Of a DNA stretch of 64,000 nucleotides, positions 26,462-35,904 are shown one piece after another; position 1 is the first letter of the stretch, and each line of letters begins with the position of its first letter. Under the pieces are notes generated by a model. That model had not been told where the DNA came from. It made no database searches and saw only the letters and a list, made by a program, of their open reading frames with translations. This stretch comes from Hyalangium minutum. Its GTDB lineage: Bacteria; Myxococcota; Myxococcia; Myxococcales; Myxococcaceae. The position numbers and the translations under genes were made by a program. The stretch spans positions 248,001-312,000 of the forward strand of contig NZ_JMCB01000002.1 in NCBI RefSeq assembly GCF_000737315.1, written 5' to 3'.

Positions 26462-27268
26462 ATGAGAATCGGCGCAGGAGGGTGGTCCCTCGGGCTGGCT
26501 GCCTTGCTCCTCACGGCAGGGTGCAAGGAAGGCCGTCCAGTGAGCGGACAAAAACAGGGGGAGCAGGTCTCGGCGGCTCAAGCCGTGGAGCAGGCCCAGA
26601 AGCAGTCCGAGCAGGCCTTCAACCAGGCGAAGGACGCTCAGCGAAAGGCCTCGGAGGAGCAGCGCGATACCGCTCAGGCCCAACGGAATCTGCAGGAGGC
26701 CCAGAAGGACCTGACGAAGGCCCAGGCTCAGGTTCAGAAGGAGGGCAAGGAGGCGCAACAGGCCCAGCAGCAGGCCCAGCAGCAGACGGAGCAGGCCGAG
26801 CAGACGGCAGCCCATGCTCAGCAGAACGCGCTCGAGGCGCAGCGTCAGCAGCAGGCGGAGTTGGCACGGCAAGCCCAGCAGCAAGCCCAGCAGCAGACGG
26901 AGCAGGCCCAGCAACAGGCGCAGGCGTCTTCCGCCCCGAGTCCCGCCACCCAGGCGCAGGGTGAGCAGCTCATCGTCGGCGAGGTCCTCACGGTCAATGA
27001 TCGCGAGGTGCTGGTCAGCAGCCGCGGCGAGCCGCAGATCCGGCTCCAGGTGCAGCCCGGGACGGTGATCACCGTGGATGGCCGCACGGCCCGCGCCGCG
27101 GACATCGAGGAGGGCAGCCAGGTGCGTGCCTCCTACAACACCCAGGCCGGTGAGCCGACCGCGACCCGCATCGAGGTGACCACCTCGCGGCAGCCCGCGA
27201 TGCCCGCCGTACCCGAGAGTGGCCAGTCCGCGCCGGGAGCCCAGCCGGAGCGCCTTCCGCAGAACTGA
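26462..27268 (+). CDS. Gln/Ala-rich coiled-coil lipoprotein with C-terminal OB-like domain
   Basis: LTAGC lipobox, QQAQQQTEQA repeats, C-terminal G.V..V......V....ITVDG.......EG..V.ASY. Confidence 0.75.
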   Translation: MRIGAGGWSLGLAALLLTAGCKEGRPVSGQKQGEQVSAAQAVEQAQKQSEQAFNQAKDAQRKASEEQRDTAQAQRNLQEAQKDLTKAQAQVQKEGKEAQQAQQQAQQQTEQAEQTAAHAQQNALEAQRQQQAELARQAQQQAQQQTEQAQQQAQASSAPSPATQAQGEQLIVGEVLTVNDREVLVSSRGEPQIRLQVQPGTVITVDGRTARAADIEEGSQVRASYNTQAGEPTATRIEVTTSRQPAMPAVPESGQSAPGAQPERLPQN

Positions 27269-27350
27269 GCAGGGAAGGTGGGGCAAGACAGCTGGGGCAG
27301 CCGGTGGAGGCTGCTCTGGCTGCCCGTGCCAATGCTCGCGGTGGAGGAGC

Positions 27351-27878
27351 TCAGCCCAGCTGGTGCTCGAGGATCAGCTTCTCTGCTTCCGCGGGACCCT
27401 TCCAGCCCAGGATGCGAGCGTCCTTGTCCGTGAAGGCCACCACGGTGAGGAAGAAGTGCTGCAGCTCGTCCCGCTCCCTGCGGGAGAGATCCTCGTGGTT
27501 GCGCAGGTGCTCGGCCCGAAGCGCGGCCACGGGCACCATGAGGAGCCGGTCATTGCGCTCGCGCCCCTTGCCCCGCTTCTTCTTCTCGTCCACGAGGAGC
27601 ACGCCGAGCGGGCGGCATGGAATCACCACCCCGGGCCATGTGGCCAGGTCCCAGTAAACCAGCGCATCCAACGGGTCGCCGTCCGGTCCCTTCGTGCTGG
27701 GGATGAAGCCCCAGTCAAAGGGGTAGCGAAGCCCCTGCGTCAGCGGGCGGCCCACGGTGAAGATCCCCAGCTCCGGTTCGTACTTCAGCTTTACCGTGGA
27801 GCCTCGGGGGGACTCGACAACGACGTGGAAGGAGTCCTTCTTTCCACGCAGGGGCAGCCGCGTGAGATCCGGGCTCAT
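27351..27878 (-). CDS. ppa: Inorganic pyrophosphatase (family I)
   Basis: VESPRGS..K, YPFDWGFIPST, DGDPLD catalytic motif. Confidence 0.85.
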   Translation of the reverse strand: MSPDLTRLPLRGKKDSFHVVVESPRGSTVKLKYEPELGIFTVGRPLTQGLRYPFDWGFIPSTKGPDGDPLDALVYWDLATWPGVVIPCRPLGVLLVDEKKKRGKGRERNDRLLMVPVAALRAEHLRNHEDLSRRERDELQHFFLTVVAFTDKDARILGWKGPAEAEKLILEHQLG

Positions 27879-28336
27879 ACGGTGCGGGTGGCGCGGGCGG
27901 CGCTCAGGCCTCCGAGGAGATACCAGGCCACGGTGAGCAGCGCGGTGGAGCGCTTCGCCCGCCTCGGGCTCCGGCCCAGGCCGAGAAAGGGTGGGAGCAG
28001 CACCGCGCCCACGCCCGCGAGCGTTCCGAGAAGCACGCCGCGCAGGTAGGGACGGCGCGGGCGGCCCAGAGCCACGAGCGCGTAAAAGAGAGAGTTGCTG
28101 ATGATGTCGCCCACCAGGGCCTGCCGGTGCAGCCGCCGCCCATGGCTGGGGCGGACGCCGAACCAACGGAGCCCCTTCTTCAGCGAGCGCTTGCCGAGCA
28201 CATCCATCCGGGGCGGGTGCGAGAGCACTCGGCGCGCGCCCTCGTGGATCAGCGTGACGGAGAGCGCGCCTGCGAGGCCAGGGCCTAGCGCACTCAGGAA
28301 GCGGCGGGACTCAGGGACAGTTTGGATTTCGCTCAC
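27875..28336 (-). CDS. Small membrane protein, coupled to the pyrophosphatase
   Basis: GTG start after AGGAGG; several hydrophobic helices; stop overlaps the ppa ATG. Confidence 0.7.
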   Translation of the reverse strand: MSEIQTVPESRRFLSALGPGLAGALSVTLIHEGARRVLSHPPRMDVLGKRSLKKGLRWFGVRPSHGRRLHRQALVGDIISNSLFYALVALGRPRRPYLRGVLLGTLAGVGAVLLPPFLGLGRSPRRAKRSTALLTVAWYLLGGLSAARATRTV

Positions 28337-28483
28337 GAGAACCTCCTGGAGAGAGGTGGGCACGGCAGGGCCGTGGAGCCAGGCACCTCTCAGGGAATTC
28401 CCGTCACGCTTGCGCTTGCCCGCTTGGTGGGCACGCATCCCGAGGAGGCTCTCGCTGGAGGCCTCCCCGGAGACATCCGCGCT

Positions 28484-29107
28484 TCAGCGCTGGATGTCCG
28501 GAACCTTCATGCCCTTCTGAACCGCCGGACGAGCGCCCACGCGCTCCAGCCACTGGGCGACGCCCGACAGCGAGGCGAAGGCGTCCGGCAGGACGTTCTT
28601 GAACGCCGCCACCCAGGGATACAGGGCGACGTCCGCGATGGAGTACTCCGCCGCGAAGTAGTCATGGCTGCTCAGGTGGCGATTCATCACGCCCAGCAGC
28701 CGCTTGGACTCATTGCGGTAGCGCTCGAGGGCGAGGGGCACCGGCTGCGGCGCCATGCGCGTGAAGTAGTTGACCTGGCCGAACATCGGGCCCACGCCGC
28801 CCATCTGGAACATCAGCCACTGGAGGACCTCGGCCTTGCGCACCGCATCCGAGGGCATCAGCTTGCCCGTCTTCTCCGCCAGATAGATGAGGATGGCGCC
28901 GGACTCGAACACCTTCAGGCCGCCCGGCACGTCGTGGTCCACGATGGCGGGGATCTTGTTGTTCGGGTTGATGGCGAGGAACTCGGGCTTGAACTGCTCG
29001 CCCTTGGAGATGTCCACCACATGGGTGGTGTAGGGCAGCTTCAGCTCCTCCAGGGCGATGGAGACCTTGCGGCCATTGGGCGTCGCGAACGTGTACAAGT
29101 CGATCAT
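28484..29107 (-). CDS. Glutathione S-transferase / disulfide oxidoreductase (YfcG-like)
   Basis: TPNGRKVSIALEE, NPNNKIPAI, FESGAIL. Confidence 0.93.
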   Translation of the reverse strand: MIDLYTFATPNGRKVSIALEELKLPYTTHVVDISKGEQFKPEFLAINPNNKIPAIVDHDVPGGLKVFESGAILIYLAEKTGKLMPSDAVRKAEVLQWLMFQMGGVGPMFGQVNYFTRMAPQPVPLALERYRNESKRLLGVMNRHLSSHDYFAAEYSIADVALYPWVAAFKNVLPDAFASLSGVAQWLERVGARPAVQKGMKVPDIQR

Positions 29108-29970
29108 GCTTTCACTCCCGTGAGCTCCTCGCTCACCTGCCAGAGCCGCTCCGCGAACTGCTCATTCCGTGCGTCGCTGGAAGGCTTCTTCGGGCGGCAT
29201 TTGATGAAGTACTGACCGGACACTCCCTCGACTTCGGGCGAGGACGCCAAGTACACCGACGTGCGTGCGCCCTGCTCCGCGGTGAGGAAGAAGGCTGCGA
29301 AGGCCTGCACCGCGAAGCGCATCCACCCCTGCGTGTTCTGGCCAAAGCCTGTGCGGACCACGCCCGGGTGAAGGGTGTTCGTCGTCAACTGGGTGCCTTG
29401 GAGCCTGCGGGCCAGCGCCTGGGTGAAGAGGATGTTGGCCAGCTTCGACGTGCCGTACACGCGCATCATCGCGTACGAGCGCTCGCTCTGCAGATCATTG
29501 AAGTCGAGCTTCCCGTAGCGGTGCGCCTCGGAGGAGACGTTCACCACGCGCGCCGGGCCGCTGGCCTTGAGCACATCCATCAGAAGGTGGGTGAGGAGGA
29601 AGGGCGCGAGGTGGTTGATGCCGAACGTGGCCTCGAAGCCATCCTTCGTCACCTGGCGCTCGTGCAGGACGAGTCCCGCGTTGTTGAGCAGCACGTCCAG
29701 CCGCGAGTAGCGGGCCTTGAAGGCCTCGGCGAGCGCGCGCACGTCCTGCAGGGAGGCGAAGTCCGCCTGGAGCGACTCCACCTTCGCGTCCGGGGTGGCG
29801 TGGCGTACCGTGATGAGCGCGGTCTCGAGCCGTCCCTTGTCCCGGCCTGCGAGCACCACGGTGGCGCCCTGGGCCGCCAGGGCTTTGGCCGCCTCCAGTC
29901 CGATGCCATTGGTGGCCCCCGTGACGAGGCACACCTTTCCATCCATTCGTGCGGCGGGTGTCATGGGCAC
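29104..29970 (-). CDS. Short-chain dehydrogenase/reductase (retinol-dehydrogenase-like)
   Basis: TGATNGIG, LNNAG, YGTSK, HPGVVRT. Confidence 0.95.
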   Translation of the reverse strand: MPMTPAARMDGKVCLVTGATNGIGLEAAKALAAQGATVVLAGRDKGRLETALITVRHATPDAKVESLQADFASLQDVRALAEAFKARYSRLDVLLNNAGLVLHERQVTKDGFEATFGINHLAPFLLTHLLMDVLKASGPARVVNVSSEAHRYGKLDFNDLQSERSYAMMRVYGTSKLANILFTQALARRLQGTQLTTNTLHPGVVRTGFGQNTQGWMRFAVQAFAAFFLTAEQGARTSVYLASSPEVEGVSGQYFIKCRPKKPSSDARNEQFAERLWQVSEELTGVKA

Positions 29971-30051
29971 TCCCTCCTGGGTGTCCGATGAGACCGCCTT
30001 GTATATGACGGAGCCCAGCGGCGCGCTTGGAGGAAAGTGCGGGACCGGTGC

Positions 30052-31410
30052 TCAGCGGGTGGCGTGCAGGCGAGTGGAAAGCTCCGTGGCTGCCCGCTGC
30101 CCTGACTCCACGGCGCCGTCGATGTAGCCGCAGCCCTCCAGCGCCGTCTCTGTTCCGGCCCAGTGCACGCGGCCGCAGGGAGCGCGCAGGGCATCCCCAA
30201 TCGCCGTGAGGGCACCGGGCCGCGGCAGCCCCACGTAGCAGCCAGTGCTCCAAGGCTCGGCAATCCAGTCGAGGTCCGCGTAGGCGGCGGGTTCGAGGGC
30301 TTGGGGGCCGAAGAAGCGAGCGAAGCTCTCCAGGGCGGCGCGGCGGCGCTCGTCCGTGGGGCGTCCGGTCCAAGCCCGCGCCGTGTCTCCGAGGAAGAAG
30401 CCCACGAGGGCCGGGTGATGCCCTGTTGCGTCCGTGTCATCGAAGCACAGCCGCACGGGGCCTGTGTCGCTCACGGCCTCGCCGGAGAAGCCGGCCTCGC
30501 GCCAGAAGGGGCGGGCATAGGTGGCCACCACCTTGATGACACTGCCCATGGGAAGGTCCGCGTGGGCGCGGCGGCGTGCGGCGGGCAGCTCCGAGCCGAA
30601 GTCCATACGCTCGGCGAGCGCGGGAGGGACCGCCACCACGGCGTACCGGCCGCGCCAGCTTCGTCCGTCTCCGTGCACCACCACGCCCTGGGCCTCCTGG
30701 AGCACGGCGCGCACGGGCGCGGAGAGCACCACGCGCGAGCCGAGGGCCTCGGCGATGCGCAGGGCGATGCTCTGGGCGCCACCTTGGATGCGCTCGGCTT
30801 GGGCGCCGTTCTCGATCTCGGTGAGCGGCATGAGGCCACCGTTGGAGTGGACGTAGAAGAGGAAGTGGAGGAAGGACAGCTCGCTCGGCTCAGCGCCGAA
30901 GATGGCGCGGGTGGCGATGTCCAGTGCGGCGCGCGCTCCCCAGCTCGGTATGTGGCGCTGCTTCCAGGCCTCGAGGGTGAGGGTGTCCCACTCGGCTGCT
31001 TTGGGTGCGGTGTGAGGGCTTTCGAGTGGCACGCGGCGGGCGAGTCCATCCAGCCGCCAGATGTTGCGCTGGAGGTCGAGGAGGCTCAGGAGAGGGAGGG
31101 CGGGCATCTTGCCCCGGTAGGTGCGGCGCTCGCCGCGCACGTCCAGCACCTTGGTGCCGTGGTGGAACTGGGAGAAGCGTCGGAGGCCCAGCTCCTCGAT
31201 CATCCGCAGGACGTGGCGCTGATGGGGGCCGACCCACTGGCCGCCGAGATCCACCACCTCACCACCGACGGGCTGGCTCAGGGTGCGGCCTCCGACGCGC
31301 TCGCGGGCTTCGAGCACGAGGACCGAGGCTCCGGCCCGGGTGAGGGCTCGGGCGGCGGTGAGCCCCGCGACACCCGCACCGATGATGATGACGTCCGCAT
31401 CCGGCTGCAT
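30052..31410 (-). CDS. Flavin monoamine oxidase family protein
   Basis: IGAGVAGL, EARERVGGR, DLGGQW, HWAGTETA, GYIDGAVESG. Confidence 0.95.
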   Translation of the reverse strand: MQPDADVIIIGAGVAGLTAARALTRAGASVLVLEARERVGGRTLSQPVGGEVVDLGGQWVGPHQRHVLRMIEELGLRRFSQFHHGTKVLDVRGERRTYRGKMPALPLLSLLDLQRNIWRLDGLARRVPLESPHTAPKAAEWDTLTLEAWKQRHIPSWGARAALDIATRAIFGAEPSELSFLHFLFYVHSNGGLMPLTEIENGAQAERIQGGAQSIALRIAEALGSRVVLSAPVRAVLQEAQGVVVHGDGRSWRGRYAVVAVPPALAERMDFGSELPAARRRAHADLPMGSVIKVVATYARPFWREAGFSGEAVSDTGPVRLCFDDTDATGHHPALVGFFLGDTARAWTGRPTDERRRAALESFARFFGPQALEPAAYADLDWIAEPWSTGCYVGLPRPGALTAIGDALRAPCGRVHWAGTETALEGCGYIDGAVESGQRAATELSTRLHATR

Positions 31411-31484
31411 TCTGTGGCCTCCGGGGGCGCACTGTAGACGGTGGGCCGGTTGACGGGGGGAACAGGAACTCCTAGGGAGGGGCC

Positions 31485-31976
31485 GTGCAACCCATGGACC
31501 TCATCGACCGGCTGCGGCAGCTGTCACCTGGCGCGGCAAACCTGCTGCTGAGCGCGGCGATTCCGCGGATCATTCCCTCCATTGGTGGGTGGGGCCTCCG
31601 GGTCGAGGAGGTGACGGAGACGCGCGCGCGGTTGTCGGTGCCGCTCAAGCGGCGCACGCGCAACCATGTGAAGGGGCTCTACTTCGGCGTGCAGATGACG
31701 CTGGCGGAGCTGACGGCGGGACTGCTGCTCCTGCGGCGGTTTCCGCCCTCGGAGTACCGCTCGCTCGTGAAGCGGGTGGAGGCGGACTTCAAGGCCCAGG
31801 GGCGGAGCACGGTGTACGCGGTGTGCGAGCCACCGCCGGAGGTGTTCGGAGGGCTGGCGGAGGCGCTGAAGCAGAAGGGCGACAAGGCCGAGGCATGGGT
31901 GCCCGTGACGCTGCTGGCCGAGGATGGCACGGTTGTTACCGAGGTGCGGTTCCTGGACTCGGTGAAGAGGCTCTGA
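31485..31976 (+). CDS. Hotdog-fold thioesterase-like protein (PaaI/DUF4442)
   Basis: RNHVKGLYFG, ADFKAQGR. Confidence 0.8.
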   Translation: MQPMDLIDRLRQLSPGAANLLLSAAIPRIIPSIGGWGLRVEEVTETRARLSVPLKRRTRNHVKGLYFGVQMTLAELTAGLLLLRRFPPSEYRSLVKRVEADFKAQGRSTVYAVCEPPPEVFGGLAEALKQKGDKAEAWVPVTLLAEDGTVVTEVRFLDSVKRL

Positions 31977-32044
31977 GCCCTGTGCTCTCCACTCCCGAGC
32001 TGGGAGCGTCGCTGTGCCGCAAGGAGCGGTAGGCTCATCACCCT

Positions 32045-32761
32045 ATGATCAGACTCACTGGGCCGTGGCGATGGCTGTGGCTGAGCTGTGCTCTGGTGGC
32101 TTGCGCCACGGTTTCACCGTCTGGAAGCGAGCTTGCGGGCACCGAAGATGAGGGCGTAGCCGTCTCGTTTGGCGAGGCATGCGAGGACGAGAGCAGCCTG
32201 CTGGCGCTATGTGCCGGGAACCAGTGCGGGCTGTATCGGTACCGGGAAGTCATGGAGCACTCAGCAGCGGGGAGGGTGGTGCTCGCCCGGGGCGGAGTGG
32301 CGGTGCTGCTCAACCCGCAGCCAGGAGCCCAGCGCAACTGGGGCAGCGCGCAGGAGTTGCCGCGGGACTCGCGCCCTGTGTTCATCATCCCGTGGAGACA
32401 CAAGCCACCGCTGCTGCCCAGCCAGCAGCAGATGCTGGACGAGGCTGCGAAGGAACGGCGCAAGCCGCACGAGAAGCACCACATCTTTCCGCAGATGTAC
32501 AAGGAGTGGTTTACCGGTAGAGGAATCGACATCGACGAGTACGTCATCCCTCTGGCGGTGGAGAAGCACCGGAGCATCCATCGGGGAGCCAAAGGGGGAC
32601 CCTGGAATGCGGAGTGGGACAAGTTCATCAGAGCTCAACTCATCCCACCACCGAAGGAGGAGATCTACCGGCACGCCGGAAAACTCATCTACGAGTTTGA
32701 GCTGTTCGGTCCGGTGATGCCGTATTGGAAACAACCGCCACCACTACCTCTGGGGTACTGA
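32045..32761 (+). CDS. TIGR02269-type (SitA6-like) polymorphic toxin lipoprotein
   Basis: LVAC lipobox, Cys cluster, RNWG, PVFIIPW, HEKHHIFPQ, HRSIH, WNAEW; visibly lower GC than neighbours. Confidence 0.85.
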   Translation: MIRLTGPWRWLWLSCALVACATVSPSGSELAGTEDEGVAVSFGEACEDESSLLALCAGNQCGLYRYREVMEHSAAGRVVLARGGVAVLLNPQPGAQRNWGSAQELPRDSRPVFIIPWRHKPPLLPSQQQMLDEAAKERRKPHEKHHIFPQMYKEWFTGRGIDIDEYVIPLAVEKHRSIHRGAKGGPWNAEWDKFIRAQLIPPPKEEIYRHAGKLIYEFELFGPVMPYWKQPPPLPLGY

Positions 32762-32767
32762 GAGGTC

Positions 32768-33493
32768 ATGAGATTCTACTTGTTAGAGCCGGTCCCCTCC
32801 CCGCGCTACTCGGGCTACTACTCCTATGGGCACAAGTGGGGTTTGCCCGGCGTGCATTGCCCGGTGTGCCATAGGACCAGTGCATGGACCGGATATGCCT
32901 ATCCCTCGGTGGACCTGTCGCACCTGCCAGCGCATGAGCAGCAGAAGTACTCTGCGCGGGTAGAGGAGGATTATACGGAGTTCGAACGGCTGCTCGAGCA
33001 GGTGCGCCCGTTAGCACCCCCAGGAGTTCCACTCAGACCAGGAACCAAGTTCGGTCCTTTGAATGGCTCTGCCCAGGGGGAGTTTGGCCCGCTTGTCTTG
33101 GCGTTCGCGTGGGAACTGTTGATGAGGCCTGAGCCACTGGCGCGATTGCAGGCGGAGGGTCTGCGGGGGCTGAAGGGATGCCGCGCAGCGCTGCGCTTCC
33201 GCAAGAAGAACCCACCGGAGTTGCTGGAGATGGAACTGCCATCTCTGGGCAAACTTCACCCAGATTGCTTGCCGGAACTATCGCCGCCTTGTCCAAAGTG
33301 TGGATGCTCGCGCGAATCCGTGAAGATGCCGGAGCAGCCCATTCTGGACGCGGCCACGTTGCCGCAAGACTTGGATCTGATCCGGGCCGAGGGGACACTG
33401 ATCATCGGTACCGAGAGCTTCGTGGAGGCAGTCCAGCGCCTAGGCTTCGAGCACGACATCACCTTCCGCGAGCTGCCCGTGCGAGGCGCGTAG
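32768..33493 (+). CDS. Double-CXXCG (SitI6-like) immunity protein
   Basis: KWGLPGVHCPVC, LRPGTKFGPL.G, CPKCG; 6 nt after the toxin. Confidence 0.85.
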   Translation: MRFYLLEPVPSPRYSGYYSYGHKWGLPGVHCPVCHRTSAWTGYAYPSVDLSHLPAHEQQKYSARVEEDYTEFERLLEQVRPLAPPGVPLRPGTKFGPLNGSAQGEFGPLVLAFAWELLMRPEPLARLQAEGLRGLKGCRAALRFRKKNPPELLEMELPSLGKLHPDCLPELSPPCPKCGCSRESVKMPEQPILDAATLPQDLDLIRAEGTLIIGTESFVEAVQRLGFEHDITFRELPVRGA

Positions 33494-33499
33494 AGCCCG

Positions 33500-34258
33500 T
33501 CACCCGGCTCCCAAGGTCAGCACCTCGCAGCCCTCGCGTGTCACGAGGACTGTGTGCTCGAACTGAGCGGAGAGGCTCCCGTCCTCCGTCACCACCGTCC
33601 ACTTGTCCGGCAGGATCCGGATGTCCGGACGCCCCTGGTTCACCATGGGCTCGATGGTGAGCACCATCCCCGAGCGCAGGGTGATACCGGTTCCCCGCTT
33701 GCCCACGTGAGGCACGTGAGGAGGACCGTGCATCTGGCGGCCGATGCCGTGCCCCCCGAACTCGTGCACCACGCTGCAGCCTTCCTTCCGCGCCAGCTCC
33801 TCGATGGCCGCGCCAATGTCCCCCAGCTTCGCGCCATGACGGACCACCGCGATGCCCGCATCCCGGCACCGGCGCGCCACGTCCACCACGTGCCTGGCCT
33901 CCGCAGACACCTCGCCGATGAAGAACGTGGCCGAGGTGTCTCCGTGAAACCCGTTCAGGCACGTCGTCACATCCACGTTGATGATGTCCCCCGGCATGAG
34001 CCGCTCGTCCGCGCGAGGGATTCCGTGGCAGACCACCTGGTTTCGGCTGGTACACACCGTCGCGGGAAACCCGTGGTAGCCCAGCTGGCTGGGCGTTCCC
34101 CCTCGCCGTGCCGTGTCCTCCCGCACCCACGCGTCGATGTCCGCCGTGGAGATGCCGGGCGCCAGACGCGCCGCGACATGTGCCAGTGTCCCGGCTGCTG
34201 CCTGGCCAGCCAGGCGCAAGTGTTCGATCTCGGTCCCTTTGAAGAGCGGAATCCCCAT
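33500..34258 (-). CDS. map: Type I methionine aminopeptidase
   Basis: GFPATVCTSRN.VVCHGIP, NVDVT...GFHGD, GHGIG..MH, TIEPM, SAQFEHT. Confidence 0.95.
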   Translation of the reverse strand: MGIPLFKGTEIEHLRLAGQAAAGTLAHVAARLAPGISTADIDAWVREDTARRGGTPSQLGYHGFPATVCTSRNQVVCHGIPRADERLMPGDIINVDVTTCLNGFHGDTSATFFIGEVSAEARHVVDVARRCRDAGIAVVRHGAKLGDIGAAIEELARKEGCSVVHEFGGHGIGRQMHGPPHVPHVGKRGTGITLRSGMVLTIEPMVNQGRPDIRILPDKWTVVTEDGSLSAQFEHTVLVTREGCEVLTLGAG

Positions 34259-34295
34259 GGCCGGGCAAGGTGCACGTGCCCCGCCGCAGCGTCCA

Positions 34296-34310
34296 ATGCT
34301 GTCTCGGCAT
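34296..34310. promoter_or_regulatory. LTTR recognition box between map and the HTH-only LysR
   Basis: ATGC-N7-GCAT palindrome containing T-N11-A, in the divergent intergenic region. Confidence 0.6.
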
Positions 34311-34346
34311 GGAGTCGCCCTCCGCTCCTGAGGTATCCTCTCCGCC

Positions 34347-34622
34347 GTGAGCCTGACGCAGATCCAGTCCTTCGTAGCGGTGGCCGAGGAGGGCCATGTG
34401 GGGCGAGCCGCGCACCGGCTGCACCTCACCCAGCCCCCGCTCAGCCGTCACATCCTCGCGCTCGAAGATGAGCTCGGCGCCCCGCTCTTCGAGCGCACCC
34501 CCCGAGGCATGCGCCTGCTCCCCGCGGGCGAGGCGTTCCTCCAGCACGCGCGCCGGATCCTCTCGGAGGTCGACGCCGCGGTGCACACGGTGAGAGGTGT
34601 CGTTGGCGGGCCCTCGAAGTAG
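34347..34622 (+). CDS. Short LysR-type regulator (HTH plus linker only, 91 aa)
   Basis: QIQSFVAVAEEGHVGRAAHRLHLTQPPLSRHI..LEDELG..LFERT; stops 21 nt before the convergent lipase gene. Confidence 0.85.
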   Translation: MSLTQIQSFVAVAEEGHVGRAAHRLHLTQPPLSRHILALEDELGAPLFERTPRGMRLLPAGEAFLQHARRILSEVDAAVHTVRGVVGGPSK

Positions 34623-34643
34623 GGCCTGCACGCGTCCCCAGTC

Positions 34644-35780
34644 TCAGCGCGGCTCTTCCAGCATGAAGTCCGTCACGTCCTTCCACAGCTTCTCGAACTG
34701 AGGCCGCCGGAAGCCCGAGCCCGAGATCAGCCAGTCCACGTGCGGCGGCTGGTGCGTGGGCTGATCGAAGTGCCCAATCGCATCCAGGTGGTCCGCCCGG
34801 ACCGCCCCAATCACCTTGCCGAACACCTGCGAGCGCGTCGGCACCACGCCATCGCACGCCTGGGGCGCCGGTAGCGCTCCATAAGCCTCGATGAGCGCCG
34901 CCGTCTGCTCCGCCGTGTGCAGCGGCGTCTTGTTCAGCGGCATCCGGTGCGTCTGCCCGTACAGGAACGCGTACACGGTGTGGGTGATCTGCGCGTACGG
35001 ATCCAGCCCCGCGGACAGGCGCGTTCGCAGTGAGGGCTGCCGGGCCTGCGTCACCACCGAGCCGTAGCGCACCCCCGGCCGGTCCTCGCAGCCCGCGTTG
35101 AACAGGTCGATCCCCTCCGGGGTGAGCTGCGGAATGAGCGAGGTGTCCTTCCCCACGTCGCCCAGGAAGCGAGACACCGCCTCGCGCCGGTCCGCCGAGA
35201 AGTCCCCCAGCAGCTGATCGAACAGCTGGTCCAAAATCGTCTGCTTCCACCCGAGCTGATCATCCGCCCGCGACAGCAGGTGCCCCAGCCGGAACGCCAC
35301 CTTCAGCGGCAGCCGCCCGAAGCGCAGCACGTACACGGTGAACAGCGACAGCAGCTTCAGGATCTGCTGCCCGAACAGCCCCAGGAAGAAGGACGCCAGC
35401 GGCGTGCCCGCATGCGGCGTGGACACCGTCACCACCGAGCGGACCCGGCGCGCATACGGCTCCAGGTCCAGCCCTTCCCGCAGGGACGCCCCCGGGCTCA
35501 CGAACAGCCGCGCGTCCAGCCCCCCCGTGGAGTGCCCCACCAGGTGCACGGGCCCATCGTCCCCGCTGATGGTCTCCTGCACGCCCCGTAGCAGATCCGC
35601 CGCCCGCTGCCGGATGGAGGCCGTGGGGTGGGAGAGGATGGCCACCACCTCGGCCTCGATTCCCCGCCGGGCGAACTCCGCCTTCAGGAAGTCCCGGACG
35701 TGGCCGAAGTAGACCAGCTCGCCCAGGTTGGTGAAGCCGAAGAACCCCGGAACCAGATAGATGTGGTGCTTCACAGGCAT
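34644..35780 (-). CDS. Lipase/esterase (alpha/beta hydrolase)
   Basis: LVPGFFGF, GHSTGG, TPHAGTP, DGVVP, ADHLD. Confidence 0.88.
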   Translation of the reverse strand: MPVKHHIYLVPGFFGFTNLGELVYFGHVRDFLKAEFARRGIEAEVVAILSHPTASIRQRAADLLRGVQETISGDDGPVHLVGHSTGGLDARLFVSPGASLREGLDLEPYARRVRSVVTVSTPHAGTPLASFFLGLFGQQILKLLSLFTVYVLRFGRLPLKVAFRLGHLLSRADDQLGWKQTILDQLFDQLLGDFSADRREAVSRFLGDVGKDTSLIPQLTPEGIDLFNAGCEDRPGVRYGSVVTQARQPSLRTRLSAGLDPYAQITHTVYAFLYGQTHRMPLNKTPLHTAEQTAALIEAYGALPAPQACDGVVPTRSQVFGKVIGAVRADHLDAIGHFDQPTHQPPHVDWLISGSGFRRPQFEKLWKDVTDFMLEEPR

Positions 35781-35904
35781 TCCCTTCCACCTACCGGCCT
35801 CTTGGCTCCTGACTCAAGCCCATTGCTCGGCCGGCTGCTTATTGACGGGGGCTCCTTCTCGGGAAAGAACGGCCCTTCCTTCATTCACGCAAGGACGCCT
35901 ACAC

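Noticed and set aside
26560-26930. Short direct repeats, checked as a possible CRISPR or VNTR
   Set aside because: In-frame Gln/Ala codon repeats within a lipoprotein; no regular repeat-spacer period and no cas genes.
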